DNA from: an uncultured Gammaproteobacteria bacterium
GTDB taxonomy: Bacteria; Patescibacteriota; Microgenomatia; Woykebacterales; RBG-16-39-9b
Length of the DNA: 64,000 nucleotides
Reading direction: 5' to 3'
NCBI GenBank assembly: GCA_964367355.1
Contig: CAYIWY010000003.1
Coordinates: 36,919 to 100,918, forward strand
Part shown: piece by piece, positions 48,377 through 57,783 of the stretch
How positions within the stretch are numbered: position 1 is the first letter of the stretch
Layout: the number at the start of each line of letters is the position of its first letter
Translations under genes and position numbers: made by a program
The notes under the pieces: generated by a model
Databases searched by the model: none
Told to the model about the DNA's origin: nothing
Seen by the model: only the letters and a program-made list of their open reading frames with translations

Positions 48377-50286
48377 TGGCGATAACCTATATAGACACCT
48401 CCTCAAAGGAGGTAAAAACAGAAGCAAAAAAAGGTTCGAAAATAAAACTAAGATTGTTTTTCAAAACAGTTTTAGTAACAATTCTCGTTACTTTTGGTAT
48501 TCTACTGGTAGTTAGTTTAGTTTTAGCAATTGTTATTTATCCAAAAGCAAAATCCCTACAGACCAAAGTCGAATCAACCTACAAACAAGCAAAAGTTTTT
48601 GAAGCAAGTTTAAAAGATAAGGATATTAAAAAAGCCGAATCTGACCTTGATAAGCTTAAAATTGACGTTAAAGAAACGAGAGGAGAATTCAATAAACTAG
48701 CGTTCGTCCGTTTTATTCCAATTGCTGCTGGTTATTATAGCGATGGGGGGCACTTGCTCAATGTAGCTGATATTGGTATTGCTCTTGGTAAAGATAGTCT
48801 CGTTGTCGCCGAGCCTTTTGGAGATGTGCTCGGATTTAAGGGAGCCACATCAGAACTGAACGCTGAAAAAAAGGCTGAAGTGTTGATTACCGAAGTAGTT
48901 CCAAAATTTATTCCACTAGTTGATGAAATTGCCGAAAAACTTACTAAAGTTCAGCAGGAATTAAAGCAGATAGATCCAAATCACTACCCTTCAAATCTAA
49001 CACTTAAGGGAATTAGAGTACGCGACGCACTTTTAGTTTCAAAAAAATATTTAAATAAAGTCCAAGAGATTATTCCTGAAGTAAAACCACTATTGCTCGC
49101 CGCTCCAGAAATTGCCGGAGTGAGTGAGCAAAAAACTTATTTAATACTTTTTCAAAATGACAAGGAACTGCGCCCGACTGGAGGTTTTATCACTTCTTAT
49201 GCTTTGGCTAAAGTTAAGGGAGGCAGACTTTTGGATGTTGAGAGTGATGATATTTATCGTCTTGACCAAAAATATAAGAAAACTGAAAAATCACCCGTAC
49301 CAATACTCAAGTATCTGGGAAACGTGATGTTGCCGATACGGGATTCAAATATTTCTCCAGATTACAAAGTAGCGGCGATGAAGTTTGAAAGTATGTACAA
49401 TACAATCCCCAAAATGCCCAAAGTTGCTGGTGTCTTTGCTCTTGATACAGAATTCGTTAGAGCCTTTTTAGAAGTTACTGGTCCGATCAAAACAAAAAAA
49501 ACCAAAGAAACTTTTTCAGCTGAAAATAACCGATTGGGAATTCCAGATGTTGTTTATAAACTTGAGCTGCATGCTGAAAAAATCAAACAAGGCCAACCTG
49601 ATCGCAAAGGAATTTTAGGAGAGCTGATGGACGCCATGATAGACAAGGTTTCAAATGCAAAGACCGATCAACTGCCAAAATATATCGATGTATTTTTGAA
49701 AGAAGTAAAGGAGAAACATATCTTATTTTATTTTCATAACAGCGCAGTCCAGAATTTTGTTGAAAAGTACAATGCTGCTGGTCAAATTAAAGATTACAAC
49801 CAAGACTACTTTCATCTGAACAACTCAAATTTTGGTGGTCTCAAAGGTAATCTTTATATCAAACAAAAAGTAGTTCAGGACATAAAGATTGATAGTGATG
49901 GTAATGTTACAAAAAAGATCGATGTCACGTTGACCAATCCGGTTAAAGCCGATGGTTGGCTAAGTTCAATTTATTTAAATTGGATGCGAATTTATGTCCC
50001 CGAAGGAAGCACTTTGATTGATAAAAAAGTCTACAAAGATTTTACCAGTGGGATTGAGCTTGGTAAAGATTTTTATGCCGGGTTTGGTCCAACTTACCCA
50101 CTGAACTCTAGCGTTTCGACCTTTAGTTATAAGTTGCCGTTTACTCTTACGAGTGGAGAACCGTACAAAATGTTGATTCAGAAACAACCAGGAGTTGGAG
50201 AAGTTCAGATGATAATTAAGATAAATGGTGAGGTAAAAAAAGATTTCAAGCTTCTTTTCGACACGCAGTTGAGTATTCCCTATTAA
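48373..50286 (+). CDS. DUF4012-like membrane-anchored protein
   Basis: TM helix; YLILFQNDKELRPTGGFI, RDSN.SPD, RIYVPEGS, QKQPG. Confidence 0.8.
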   Translation: MMAITYIDTSSKEVKTEAKKGSKIKLRLFFKTVLVTILVTFGILLVVSLVLAIVIYPKAKSLQTKVESTYKQAKVFEASLKDKDIKKAESDLDKLKIDVKETRGEFNKLAFVRFIPIAAGYYSDGGHLLNVADIGIALGKDSLVVAEPFGDVLGFKGATSELNAEKKAEVLITEVVPKFIPLVDEIAEKLTKVQQELKQIDPNHYPSNLTLKGIRVRDALLVSKKYLNKVQEIIPEVKPLLLAAPEIAGVSEQKTYLILFQNDKELRPTGGFITSYALAKVKGGRLLDVESDDIYRLDQKYKKTEKSPVPILKYLGNVMLPIRDSNISPDYKVAAMKFESMYNTIPKMPKVAGVFALDTEFVRAFLEVTGPIKTKKTKETFSAENNRLGIPDVVYKLELHAEKIKQGQPDRKGILGELMDAMIDKVSNAKTDQLPKYIDVFLKEVKEKHILFYFHNSAVQNFVEKYNAAGQIKDYNQDYFHLNNSNFGGLKGNLYIKQKVVQDIKIDSDGNVTKKIDVTLTNPVKADGWLSSIYLNWMRIYVPEGSTLIDKKVYKDFTSGIELGKDFYAGFGPTYPLNSSVSTFSYKLPFTLTSGEPYKMLIQKQPGVGEVQMIIKINGEVKKDFKLLFDTQLSIPY

Positions 50287-50303
50287 AATATTAAAATTTA
50301 ACT

Positions 50304-51074
50304 ATGCACTCCTTTGCAGCTGAAGGCATAATTCTAAAACGTAAAAACTTCTCTGAAGCAGATAAACTGGTTACTATTTTTACCAAGAATCAAGGTAAGG
50401 TTATCTGTGTTGCTAAAGGTGTGCGTAAGATCACTTCAAGAAGAGCCGGCAGTCTCGAGTTACTTAACCATGTTAAGGTCTACTTGCATCAGACAAAGGG
50501 TCTACCAATCCTAACTGAAGCGCAAATTCAAAACACCTTCCCAGATTTGAAGGAAGATTTAAATAAAATAAGTATCGCATTTCTAGTTCTTGAACTCGTT
50601 GATCGTTTATTCGATGAAGGTCAGGAAAATCGAATCGTTTTTGATTTGCTTTTTGATACTATTGATCGCATCGACAGCGCCCGGTCTTTATCCGAAGCAA
50701 AAAAATTCCAAATTAGCTTTCAGATTAAGCTACTAACCCAAGTTGGTTACCTACCACAACTTTATAACTGCGTACAGTGCGAGAAGAAACTTGAGAAGAA
50801 AGAAACTTTTCTTGCGCCAAATTGTGGTGGATTGGTTGACTATAGCTGTAATCAAAGTATTTTACTTTCAAAAGTAGTTGCTCCGGAGGAAGTAAAGGTA
50901 CTGCGCTTTTTAAATAATGAAAATTTTAGTCTTGTGCAGCGTCTAAAATTGGACGATGATCTTTTAAATCAAACCTCTGAACTATTAAATTACTACACTG
51001 TCTATTTTCTTGAAAGAAACCTAAATTCAATTGCTTTTGCTACTCAGCTCCAAAGACTTTATTTACCAAGTTAA
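50304..51074 (+). CDS. recO: DNA repair protein RecO
   Basis: EADK.VTIFT..GKV..VAKGVRK; Zn motif CVQC. Confidence 0.92.
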   Translation: MHSFAAEGIILKRKNFSEADKLVTIFTKNQGKVICVAKGVRKITSRRAGSLELLNHVKVYLHQTKGLPILTEAQIQNTFPDLKEDLNKISIAFLVLELVDRLFDEGQENRIVFDLLFDTIDRIDSARSLSEAKKFQISFQIKLLTQVGYLPQLYNCVQCEKKLEKKETFLAPNCGGLVDYSCNQSILLSKVVAPEEVKVLRFLNNENFSLVQRLKLDDDLLNQTSELLNYYTVYFLERNLNSIAFATQLQRLYLPS

Positions 51075-51079
51075 TATAA

Positions 51080-51703
51080 ATGGAGCTTTCTCAAAAAATA
51101 TTTAACTACTACAAAAAATTAATCTTTGATAATCGGCGTTGGCTTTACGTTATTATAGTAATTTTCGCAGTTGGAGTTACCTTAGGTTTATTTACAGCCC
51201 AAACAAATCCTGAAATAACCAAGAAAATAATTGCCCAATACGCAGAATCGATTGATAAATCGCTAAGAGCAGGTTGGGAAGTAACTCAGGTTATTTTTAC
51301 CCGTAATGTTTTTGTGGTTGTAGTCGCAACTTTAACTAGTCTAATTTTAGGTTTTTCTTCTGTGTTTGTGGTATTTATCAACGGTACAATCCTCGGATTA
51401 TTTATCGGTTTTGGGGAAATGTATTCAAAAATTACTCCGTGGCAGCTTTTTTTGTTACTATTTCCACATGGTATATTCGAATACGCTGGAATTTTTTTGG
51501 GATTAAGTTTTAGCTTGCGCTTGGGTTTAAATTGGTTAAGGAAGGCTAGCAAGGGAAAAAGATTAATAGTACTAAAAACAAATATCAAGGAAACTGCCGC
51601 AATTTTAATCTTAACAATAATCATATTAGGTTTTGCAGCAATTATTGAAGGGTTCCTCACAGTTAATATTGCTTGTTTGTTCGGGGGTTTGTGTATTAAG
51701 TAA
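51080..51703 (+). CDS. SpoIIM/DUF95 family membrane protein
   Basis: IF.RN, NG, PHGIFE, AAIIEG. Confidence 0.85.
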   Translation: MELSQKIFNYYKKLIFDNRRWLYVIIVIFAVGVTLGLFTAQTNPEITKKIIAQYAESIDKSLRAGWEVTQVIFTRNVFVVVVATLTSLILGFSSVFVVFINGTILGLFIGFGEMYSKITPWQLFLLLFPHGIFEYAGIFLGLSFSLRLGLNWLRKASKGKRLIVLKTNIKETAAILILTIIILGFAAIIEGFLTVNIACLFGGLCIK

Positions 51704-51737
51704 AAAAAAGTATCAGAATCATTTTTTCAGAAAAAAA

Positions 51738-51771
51738 AGTAGCTGAAACCCAAAAATTGGAATTTCAGCTA
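51738..51771 (-). terminator. Intrinsic terminator of csrA
   Basis: gtagctgaaa/tttcagctac stem with an A8 tract on the + strand. Confidence 0.65.
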
Positions 51772-51779
51772 CACTCTAC

Positions 51780-51986
51780 TTAACCAGTGTCTCGAAGTGT
51801 CTCTTGGTCTACATCTTGGTTCGAAGAATCAGATTCATCTACTAAAAGCTCCTGGCGAAACACTTTTATTTCAACCGGAGCGCTGATTCCAATCTTTACT
51901 CGATCGCGTTCGATACCGAGTACTTGAACCAGGATGTTACCATCAATGACGATTCCTTGATTGACTTTTCGCGTCAAGATCAACAT
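51780..51986 (-). CDS. csrA: Carbon storage regulator CsrA
   Basis: MLILTRK..I.IDGNI.V.VL..VKIGI.AP..V.R.EL. Confidence 0.9.
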   Translation of the reverse strand: MLILTRKVNQGIVIDGNILVQVLGIERDRVKIGISAPVEIKVFRQELLVDESDSSNQDVDQETLRDTG

Positions 51987-52068
51987 GGCAACCCCTTTCT
52001 CTCTGGGCACATTGTACTACACTTTGTCTAGGTTGCAATACACTCAGGCAAGTCTTATACTTTTAGCC

Positions 52069-53385
52069 ATGTCAAAAGAAACAGAAAATCTGATGGATAA
52101 GTTAGTTTCGTTAGCTAAGAGGCGAGGTTTCGTTTTTCAGGGTAGTGAAATTTATGGTGGTTTAAACGGAACCTGGGATTTCGGTCCTTTGGGAACCTTA
52201 CTTGCCAGAAATATCAAAGAAGAGTGGTGGAAGGCTGTGGTCCAGAAACGCGATGACGTGGTTGGGCTTGACTCCACAATTCTTCATCATCCCAAAGTTT
52301 GGGAAGCTTCTGGTCATATCAAAAATTTCACTGATTCCCTAGTTGAGTGTAAAAACTGTCACAACCGAATTCGTGTTGATCATATGCCAGAGGACGGAAA
52401 ATGCCCAAACTGCGGCAAAAAAGATTTCACCAAAGCTCGCGATTTTAATTTAATGTTTAAGACTTTCATTGGCCCAGTAGAAGATGAATCCGGTACTGTC
52501 TATTTACGACCAGAAACTGCCCAAGGGATCTTTATCAATTTTGACAATGTGATGCAAAGCTCTCGAGTTAAATTACCGTTTGGTATTGCCCAGATCGGCA
52601 AAGGTTTTCGAAACGAGATAACTACCGGTAACTTCCTTTTTCGGGTGCGGGAATTTGAAATGATGGAGCTCGAATATTTTGTAAAACCTGGGACCGAGAA
52701 AAAAACCCACGAGTATTGGCAAAAAGAGAGATTGAACTGGTTTCTGGGTCTTGGAATTAAAAAAGAAAATATCAAACTGATTCAACTGCCAAAAGAGGAT
52801 TTGGCCCACTACTCAAAGGGAACAGCTGAACTTTGGTACAACTGGCCGTTTATGGGTTTTGGAGAGCTTGAAGGGATTGCTAGCCGTGGGGATTACGATC
52901 TCAAGCAACATATGCAAGTTTCCGGTAAAGACCTAACTTTTTTTGACGAAGAAGATAAAGAAAAGTATTTACCTTATGTAATCGAACCATCAGTTGGAGT
53001 TGGACGGGCCTTCCTAGCCTTCTTTATCGATGCCTACAATGAAGAAGAAACTGAAGGTGAGATAAGGACTGTTTTAAAATTTCACCCGAAACTAGCGCCA
53101 ATCAAGGCTTCGGTGCTGCCTTTAATCAAAGATGAGAAATTGCAAAAAATCGCCAAAGATATCTTCCATGAATTAAAGGAAGATTGGATGGTAACTTATG
53201 ACGAAACTAGCTCAATCGGCCGCCGTTATCGTCGTGCCGACGAAATCGGAACTCCTTTTTGTATTACGGTCGATTTTGATTCCCTCAAAGATAAAGCAAT
53301 TACCGTCCGTGACCGTGATAGTATGAAGCAAAAAAGAGTTAAAATTGATGGAATCAGTTCTTACATAAGGGAAAAATTAAAATGA
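52069..53385 (+). CDS. glyQS: Glycine--tRNA ligase (alpha2 type)
   Basis: KRRGF..SEIYGG, YLRPETAQGIF, FRNEIT, VIEPSVG, DEIGTPFC. Confidence 0.95.
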   Translation: MSKETENLMDKLVSLAKRRGFVFQGSEIYGGLNGTWDFGPLGTLLARNIKEEWWKAVVQKRDDVVGLDSTILHHPKVWEASGHIKNFTDSLVECKNCHNRIRVDHMPEDGKCPNCGKKDFTKARDFNLMFKTFIGPVEDESGTVYLRPETAQGIFINFDNVMQSSRVKLPFGIAQIGKGFRNEITTGNFLFRVREFEMMELEYFVKPGTEKKTHEYWQKERLNWFLGLGIKKENIKLIQLPKEDLAHYSKGTAELWYNWPFMGFGELEGIASRGDYDLKQHMQVSGKDLTFFDEEDKEKYLPYVIEPSVGVGRAFLAFFIDAYNEEETEGEIRTVLKFHPKLAPIKASVLPLIKDEKLQKIAKDIFHELKEDWMVTYDETSSIGRRYRRADEIGTPFCITVDFDSLKDKAITVRDRDSMKQKRVKIDGISSYIREKLK

Positions 53386-53921
53386 AACGTGGGCCTTTTG
53401 AAGTAACCGGTTCAAAAATTGTCTATCAAAACCCTTGGATAAAGGTACGAGAAGATGAAATTATTCGACCAAATGGGGAGAAGGGAATCTTTGGGGTCGT
53501 AGATGCTGGTACTGGCGTTACAGTTGTTGCCCTGGACAAAGACAATGAAGTTTACATTATTAGAGAATTTCATTATGCAATCGAAACTAATGATTATATT
53601 TTACCGAGTGGTGGTATTGGACAGGGAGAAGAGCCTTTAAGTGCCGCTAAAAGAGAATTAGAAGAAGAAGCCGGAGTAACTGCTAAAAAGTGGACATTTC
53701 TGGGAAAATACAACCCCTTAACGATGATTCTTAACTCTGCAAGTTATTTTTTTCTAGCCGAGGAACTGGAAGAAGGAGAACAAGGTGAAGAGGAGAAGGG
53801 TTTGATTAAAATTGAAAAAATTCCTCTCAAAACTGTTGTTGAAATGGCAGTAGCTGGGGAATTAAACCATTCTGGAAGTGTAATTTCAATTCTTTTAACC
53901 GCACGACTCAAGGGAATATGA
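53382..53921 (+). CDS. NUDIX hydrolase
   Basis: Nudix box G..GEEPLSAAKRELEEEAG. Confidence 0.9.
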   Translation: MKRGPFEVTGSKIVYQNPWIKVREDEIIRPNGEKGIFGVVDAGTGVTVVALDKDNEVYIIREFHYAIETNDYILPSGGIGQGEEPLSAAKRELEEEAGVTAKKWTFLGKYNPLTMILNSASYFFLAEELEEGEQGEEEKGLIKIEKIPLKTVVEMAVAGELNHSGSVISILLTARLKGI

Positions 53922-54514
53922 TTAAAGCAGTTATTTTTGATGTCGGTGGTGTTTTAGTTAATAAATCTCCAGTGCTTAAAGAAATTCTTGACGAGTTTAA
54001 TCTAAAGGAAAAGGAAATTTACGTCTACTACTTGGAAACCTTGAGAAAACTTGAAGCGGGAGAAATTGATGAACCCACTTTTTGGGAGCTTTTTACTCAG
54101 AGGTTTGGTGTTACAAAACCCGTTCCAAAACCCTCGCCTTTAATTAAACGCTACAAAGAAGAGATCAAGATAAATAAAGATACGGTAAGAGTGAAATTAG
54201 ACCTCAAAAGAAAAGGTTTTAAACTTGCTGTTTTGTCTAATACAATTCCACCCCACGCAGATTATTTGAAGAAGTTGGGTGTTTTCGAAAACTTGGACGT
54301 AGTTATTTTATCTAATGAAGTTGGTTTCCTGAAACCAAACCCCGCAATCTATAAAATAACCTTGGAAAAACTAAGCGTTAAACCAGAAGAAGCTATTTTT
54401 ATCGATGATGATCCAAGTTATGTAAAAGCGGCGGAACAGCTTGGGATTAAAAGTTTTGTTTTTACTAAAGCAAGAGATTTAGAGAAAGACTTAAAAGAAA
54501 TAAAGCTATTATAG
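53918..54514 (+). CDS. HAD family phosphatase
   Basis: FDVGGVL, LSN, KP.P.IY, FIDD. Confidence 0.9.
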   Translation: MIKAVIFDVGGVLVNKSPVLKEILDEFNLKEKEIYVYYLETLRKLEAGEIDEPTFWELFTQRFGVTKPVPKPSPLIKRYKEEIKINKDTVRVKLDLKRKGFKLAVLSNTIPPHADYLKKLGVFENLDVVILSNEVGFLKPNPAIYKITLEKLSVKPEEAIFIDDDPSYVKAAEQLGIKSFVFTKARDLEKDLKEIKLL

Positions 54515-54562
54515 AAATAAACCCACAATAACTGTCCACCTTCTAGGTGACAGTTTGCTCAA

Positions 54563-55123
54563 CTAGTCTTCCTTAACCACATCTTTAAATTCCTTGAACA
54601 ATTTAGTAATTTTTGGATCAATCACTATTTTACAGTAAGGTTGGTCGGGATTTTTAGCGTAATAATCAAGGTGATAGGCCTCCGCTTTATAGAAATTCTT
54701 GAATGGTACGATTTCGGTGACAATTGGTTTACCGTAAATTTTTTCTTCCTCAATCTTTTTCCTTACTTTTTCAGCAGTTTCTTTTTGTTTTTCATCAAGA
54801 TAAAAAATCGCGCTGCGGTATTGCGTGCCGATATCATTGCCCTGACGATCCATTGTGGTTGGGTCATGGAGTTTGAAAAAAACTTCAAGTAATTTTTCAT
54901 ATGAAATAGTATTTGGATCAAACTCGATTTGAATTGTTTCAGCATGGCCAGTACGACCAGAAGTGACCGCTTCATAACTTGGTGTTACTCCGCCAAATCC
55001 GCCAGCTGGCGGAGGCGGTTCTCCACCAGAATACCCCGGAGTTACGGAAACAACACCCTTCAAACGTTTAAAAATTGCTTCGGAACACCAAAAACACCCA
55101 CCGGCTAGCGTTGCCTTCTCCAT
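54563..55123 (-). CDS. msrA: Peptide methionine (S)-sulfoxide reductase
   Basis: GGCFWC, TGHAE, HDPT, QYRSAIF, AEAYH. Confidence 0.95.
   Translation of the reverse strand: MEKATLAGGCFWCSEAIFKRLKGVVSVTPGYSGGEPPPPAGGFGGVTPSYEAVTSGRTGHAETIQIEFDPNTISYEKLLEVFFKLHDPTTMDRQGNDIGTQYRSAIFYLDEKQKETAEKVRKKIEEEKIYGKPIVTEIVPFKNFYKAEAYHLDYYAKNPDQPYCKIVIDPKITKLFKEFKDVVKED
54990..55018. repeat. GC-rich nested palindrome inserted in frame in msrA
   Basis: Perfect palindrome tccgccagctggcgga (54998-55013) inside ccgcc/ggcgg. Confidence 0.7.
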
Positions 55124-55126
55124 AAT

Positions 55127-55609
55127 TTAGTCTGTAGCGGCAATTGCTTTTACTGAGCCAATAATTGTAATAATATTTAAAACTAACGCTGGGATCGAAA
55201 CTGAAAGAAGAATTGCAGAAGCGACAACGACCCCTTCTTTTACCGAACAGAGCGATAAATTCTTAATACAGCTCGGCAAATGCCCATTGATGACAGTTTG
55301 AGCATTTGGAAGAGCGATTACAAAAAGAATTAAAGCAGCAATTGTCGTAAAAAAAATTAGTACGAGAGCTAGAATTAGTAAATTGGTATTTTGAGTAAAG
55401 AAGGAAACTGCTAAAACCAGGCAATAAAAAGCTAAGCCGCCGACTAGTAGATAAACAATAATGTCGGGAATATTGTAGCTCTCTAACACGGCAACTTGTT
55501 TGTACCAGAGTGCTGAGGAAGCAATACCAAGGCCAAAAGATAAGTAAAACCATTGCAATATTTTTACTAAAATGGCCTTTGGAGCCACATTTTTTTGGGA
55601 TTTTTCCAT
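55127..55609 (-). CDS. Hypothetical four-TM membrane protein
   Basis: 160-aa hydrophobic ORF, 3 nt upstream of msrA. Confidence 0.7.
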   Translation of the reverse strand: MEKSQKNVAPKAILVKILQWFYLSFGLGIASSALWYKQVAVLESYNIPDIIVYLLVGGLAFYCLVLAVSFFTQNTNLLILALVLIFFTTIAALILFVIALPNAQTVINGHLPSCIKNLSLCSVKEGVVVASAILLSVSIPALVLNIITIIGSVKAIAATD

Positions 55610-55803
55610 TTTCGAGTGTAGCGAGAAAATATTGACCTTAATTTTAGGAATCGTCCAGCTTTAGTGGTCAATATTTTCGTAGCTAAGAAAATCATAACAG
55701 CTAGTCTAATTAAAGCAAATACTACATATTGTATCCTGTAATGTTTTGCTATTGCATATGTAGTGGCTTGACGAGGCTAAATTTCGGATCTAGAATAACT
55801 ACA

Positions 55804-55838
55804 GTGGAAAAATAGGGAAAAAAGTGGGAATAAGTGGA
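55804..55838 (+). promoter_or_regulatory. MraZ-binding direct repeats of the dcw promoter
   Basis: GTGGA/AGGGA/GTGGG/GTGGA at 10-bp period upstream of mraZ. Confidence 0.75.
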
Positions 55839-55960
55839 AAACTTTTTCCCTAATTTAAACCTGCCCTCTGGACAGCGGGGTATCTCTTTAAGCACATTAA
55901 AACGTGTTCTAAATAGGTACTCACAAAACTTGGAGCGGAAACCTGCCCTTCTGAATTTGA

Positions 55961-56392
55961 TTGTTTTTAGGACAATACCAACACACACTCGATTATAAAA
56001 ACAGAACTTCAATTCCGAAGAAATTTCGGATAGCTTTAAATGAAGGTGCGGTTTTAACTCTTGGGCTTGATAATTGTCTTTTCCTGTATTCAAAAACGGA
56101 ATGGCAAAAGCTGTCAGAGAGAATGAAAGATTTGCCTTTGACGGGAAGCGATGCTAGAGCTTTCTCCCGATATTTGTTTGGTGGTGCCAACGAAACTACT
56201 TTTGATAGTCTTGGGCGAATAAAGATTCCAGACTACTTAAAAACCCATGCCGGTCTTGAGAAAAAAATAATTATTCTGGGAGTAGTAAATCGAATTGAAA
56301 TTTGGTCAGAAAGAAATTGGCATATATTTAACAAAAAAATAACAAAAACAAGTTCAGAAATTGCCGAGAAATTGTCCGGAAGCGGAATTTGA
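55961..56392 (+). CDS. mraZ: Transcriptional regulator MraZ
   Basis: MFLGQY.HTLD.KNR..IPKKFR, D..GRI.IP, G..NRIEIW. Confidence 0.95.
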   Translation: MFLGQYQHTLDYKNRTSIPKKFRIALNEGAVLTLGLDNCLFLYSKTEWQKLSERMKDLPLTGSDARAFSRYLFGGANETTFDSLGRIKIPDYLKTHAGLEKKIIILGVVNRIEIWSERNWHIFNKKITKTSSEIAEKLSGSGI

Positions 56393-57291
56393 AAATGGAA
56401 ACTAATTATCACACAAGTGTACTTTTCAAAGAAAGTTTAGAAGCTCTTTCTGTAGTTCCGGGAGAAACCTATTTAGACGCGACTTTTGGTGGGGGTGGTC
56501 ATACAAAAGGAATTTTAGATTTTGGTGGCAAAGTAATAGCTTTGGATGTTGATCAAGACGCGATAGAAAACGCCAAACGGAAATTTGATTTAGCAGGCAA
56601 AGACGGGGTTTGGGTAACGCGAAGTGGCAACTTAAAAATTTATAAAAATAATTTTCAGAATCTTGACTTTGTAGCAAAAAAAGAACAAATCAAAGGTTTT
56701 TCGGGAATTATTTTTGACCTGGGTGTTTCAAGTTTTATGCTTGATACACCAAAGCGTGGTTTTAGTTTCTCAAAGCCTGGCCCACTCGATATGCGAATGG
56801 ATAAGGATTTGGAAGTAAGAGCTGCGGATTTATTAAATGCATTAAACGAAGGAGAACTTTATGAGCTTTTTAGTAAGTTGGGCGAAGAACCTTATGCAAG
56901 ACGTATTGCTAGTGATGTCGTCAGATACAGACTAAACAAAAAATTTGAGAGTACGGAAGAATTGGCGAATTTAGTTAGTAAAGTACATAAAAATATTAGG
57001 AAAGAAATAAATCCAAGTACCAAAGTCTTTATGGCTTTGAGGATTGCCGTTAATGATGAGTTAAATGCTTTGAAAGAGGCACTACCAAAAGCTTCAGGTT
57101 TGCTGAAAAAAGGTGGACGGCTGGTAGTTATAAGCTTCCATTCTCTGGAAGATAAAATTGTGAAGGAGTATTTTAAACAAGATCAAAGTCTAGTTGCGAT
57201 TACGGCCAAACCGATAACTGCATCACAAGAAGAACTTAAGTTAAACAAGAGGTCTCGAAGCGCAAAAATGCGTGTCGCACAAAAGAGATAG
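56389..57291 (+). CDS. rsmH: 16S rRNA m4C1402 methyltransferase
   Basis: DATFGGGGH, DLGVSS, PLDMRM, ALRIAVNDEL, ISFHSLED. Confidence 0.97.
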   Translation: MKMETNYHTSVLFKESLEALSVVPGETYLDATFGGGGHTKGILDFGGKVIALDVDQDAIENAKRKFDLAGKDGVWVTRSGNLKIYKNNFQNLDFVAKKEQIKGFSGIIFDLGVSSFMLDTPKRGFSFSKPGPLDMRMDKDLEVRAADLLNALNEGELYELFSKLGEEPYARRIASDVVRYRLNKKFESTEELANLVSKVHKNIRKEINPSTKVFMALRIAVNDELNALKEALPKASGLLKKGGRLVVISFHSLEDKIVKEYFKQDQSLVAITAKPITASQEELKLNKRSRSAKMRVAQKR

Positions 57292-57305
57292 TTAGGAACC
57301 TGCCC

Positions 57306-57689
57306 ATGAAATTAATAGGAAGACATAAGCAAAATTCAAATATTGGCTTCTCATTTTCCAAAATAACGGGAAAAACAAGGGAAGTGGCAGAGCGTTCTCG
57401 AGGTTTTTTCCTTTATAGCAAAGTCATTTCCTGTTTTCTAGTTCTCGCCTTTGGATTATTGTTAACTAGAATTTATTTTTCAAATCAGCTGGCTGTTTCC
57501 GGAGGATTTGTTAGTGTCAATTCCCAAAGAGTAGAGAAACTCAGCAAGGAGAATTACCAATTAGAAAATAAGCTTAGTGAATTATCTTCTTTAAGCTATA
57601 TCAACTCACAAGCGGAAAAGATGGGAATGGTGAAGGTTAGCAAGGTCGAGGTTTTGAAAACTGTTTCTGGAGTTGCTTTAAAACCATAA
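57306..57689 (+). CDS. ftsL: FtsL-like cell division protein
   Basis: TM helix plus coiled coil and AEKMGM; between rsmH and the PBP gene. Confidence 0.6.
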   Translation: MKLIGRHKQNSNIGFSFSKITGKTREVAERSRGFFLYSKVISCFLVLAFGLLLTRIYFSNQLAVSGGFVSVNSQRVEKLSKENYQLENKLSELSSLSYINSQAEKMGMVKVSKVEVLKTVSGVALKP

Positions 57690-57783
57690 GTTCAAAATGT
57701 AGATTATATCGTGCAGTTTGTAATTTGTAGAAAACAAATAGATCTTATCATATTACGCACGATATTTTCTCGAGGACTCGAAA

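Noticed and set aside
57706-57765. Inverted repeat atatcgtgc...gcacgatat between ftsL and ftsI
   Set aside because: Single 9-bp stem with no second copy seen in the window.
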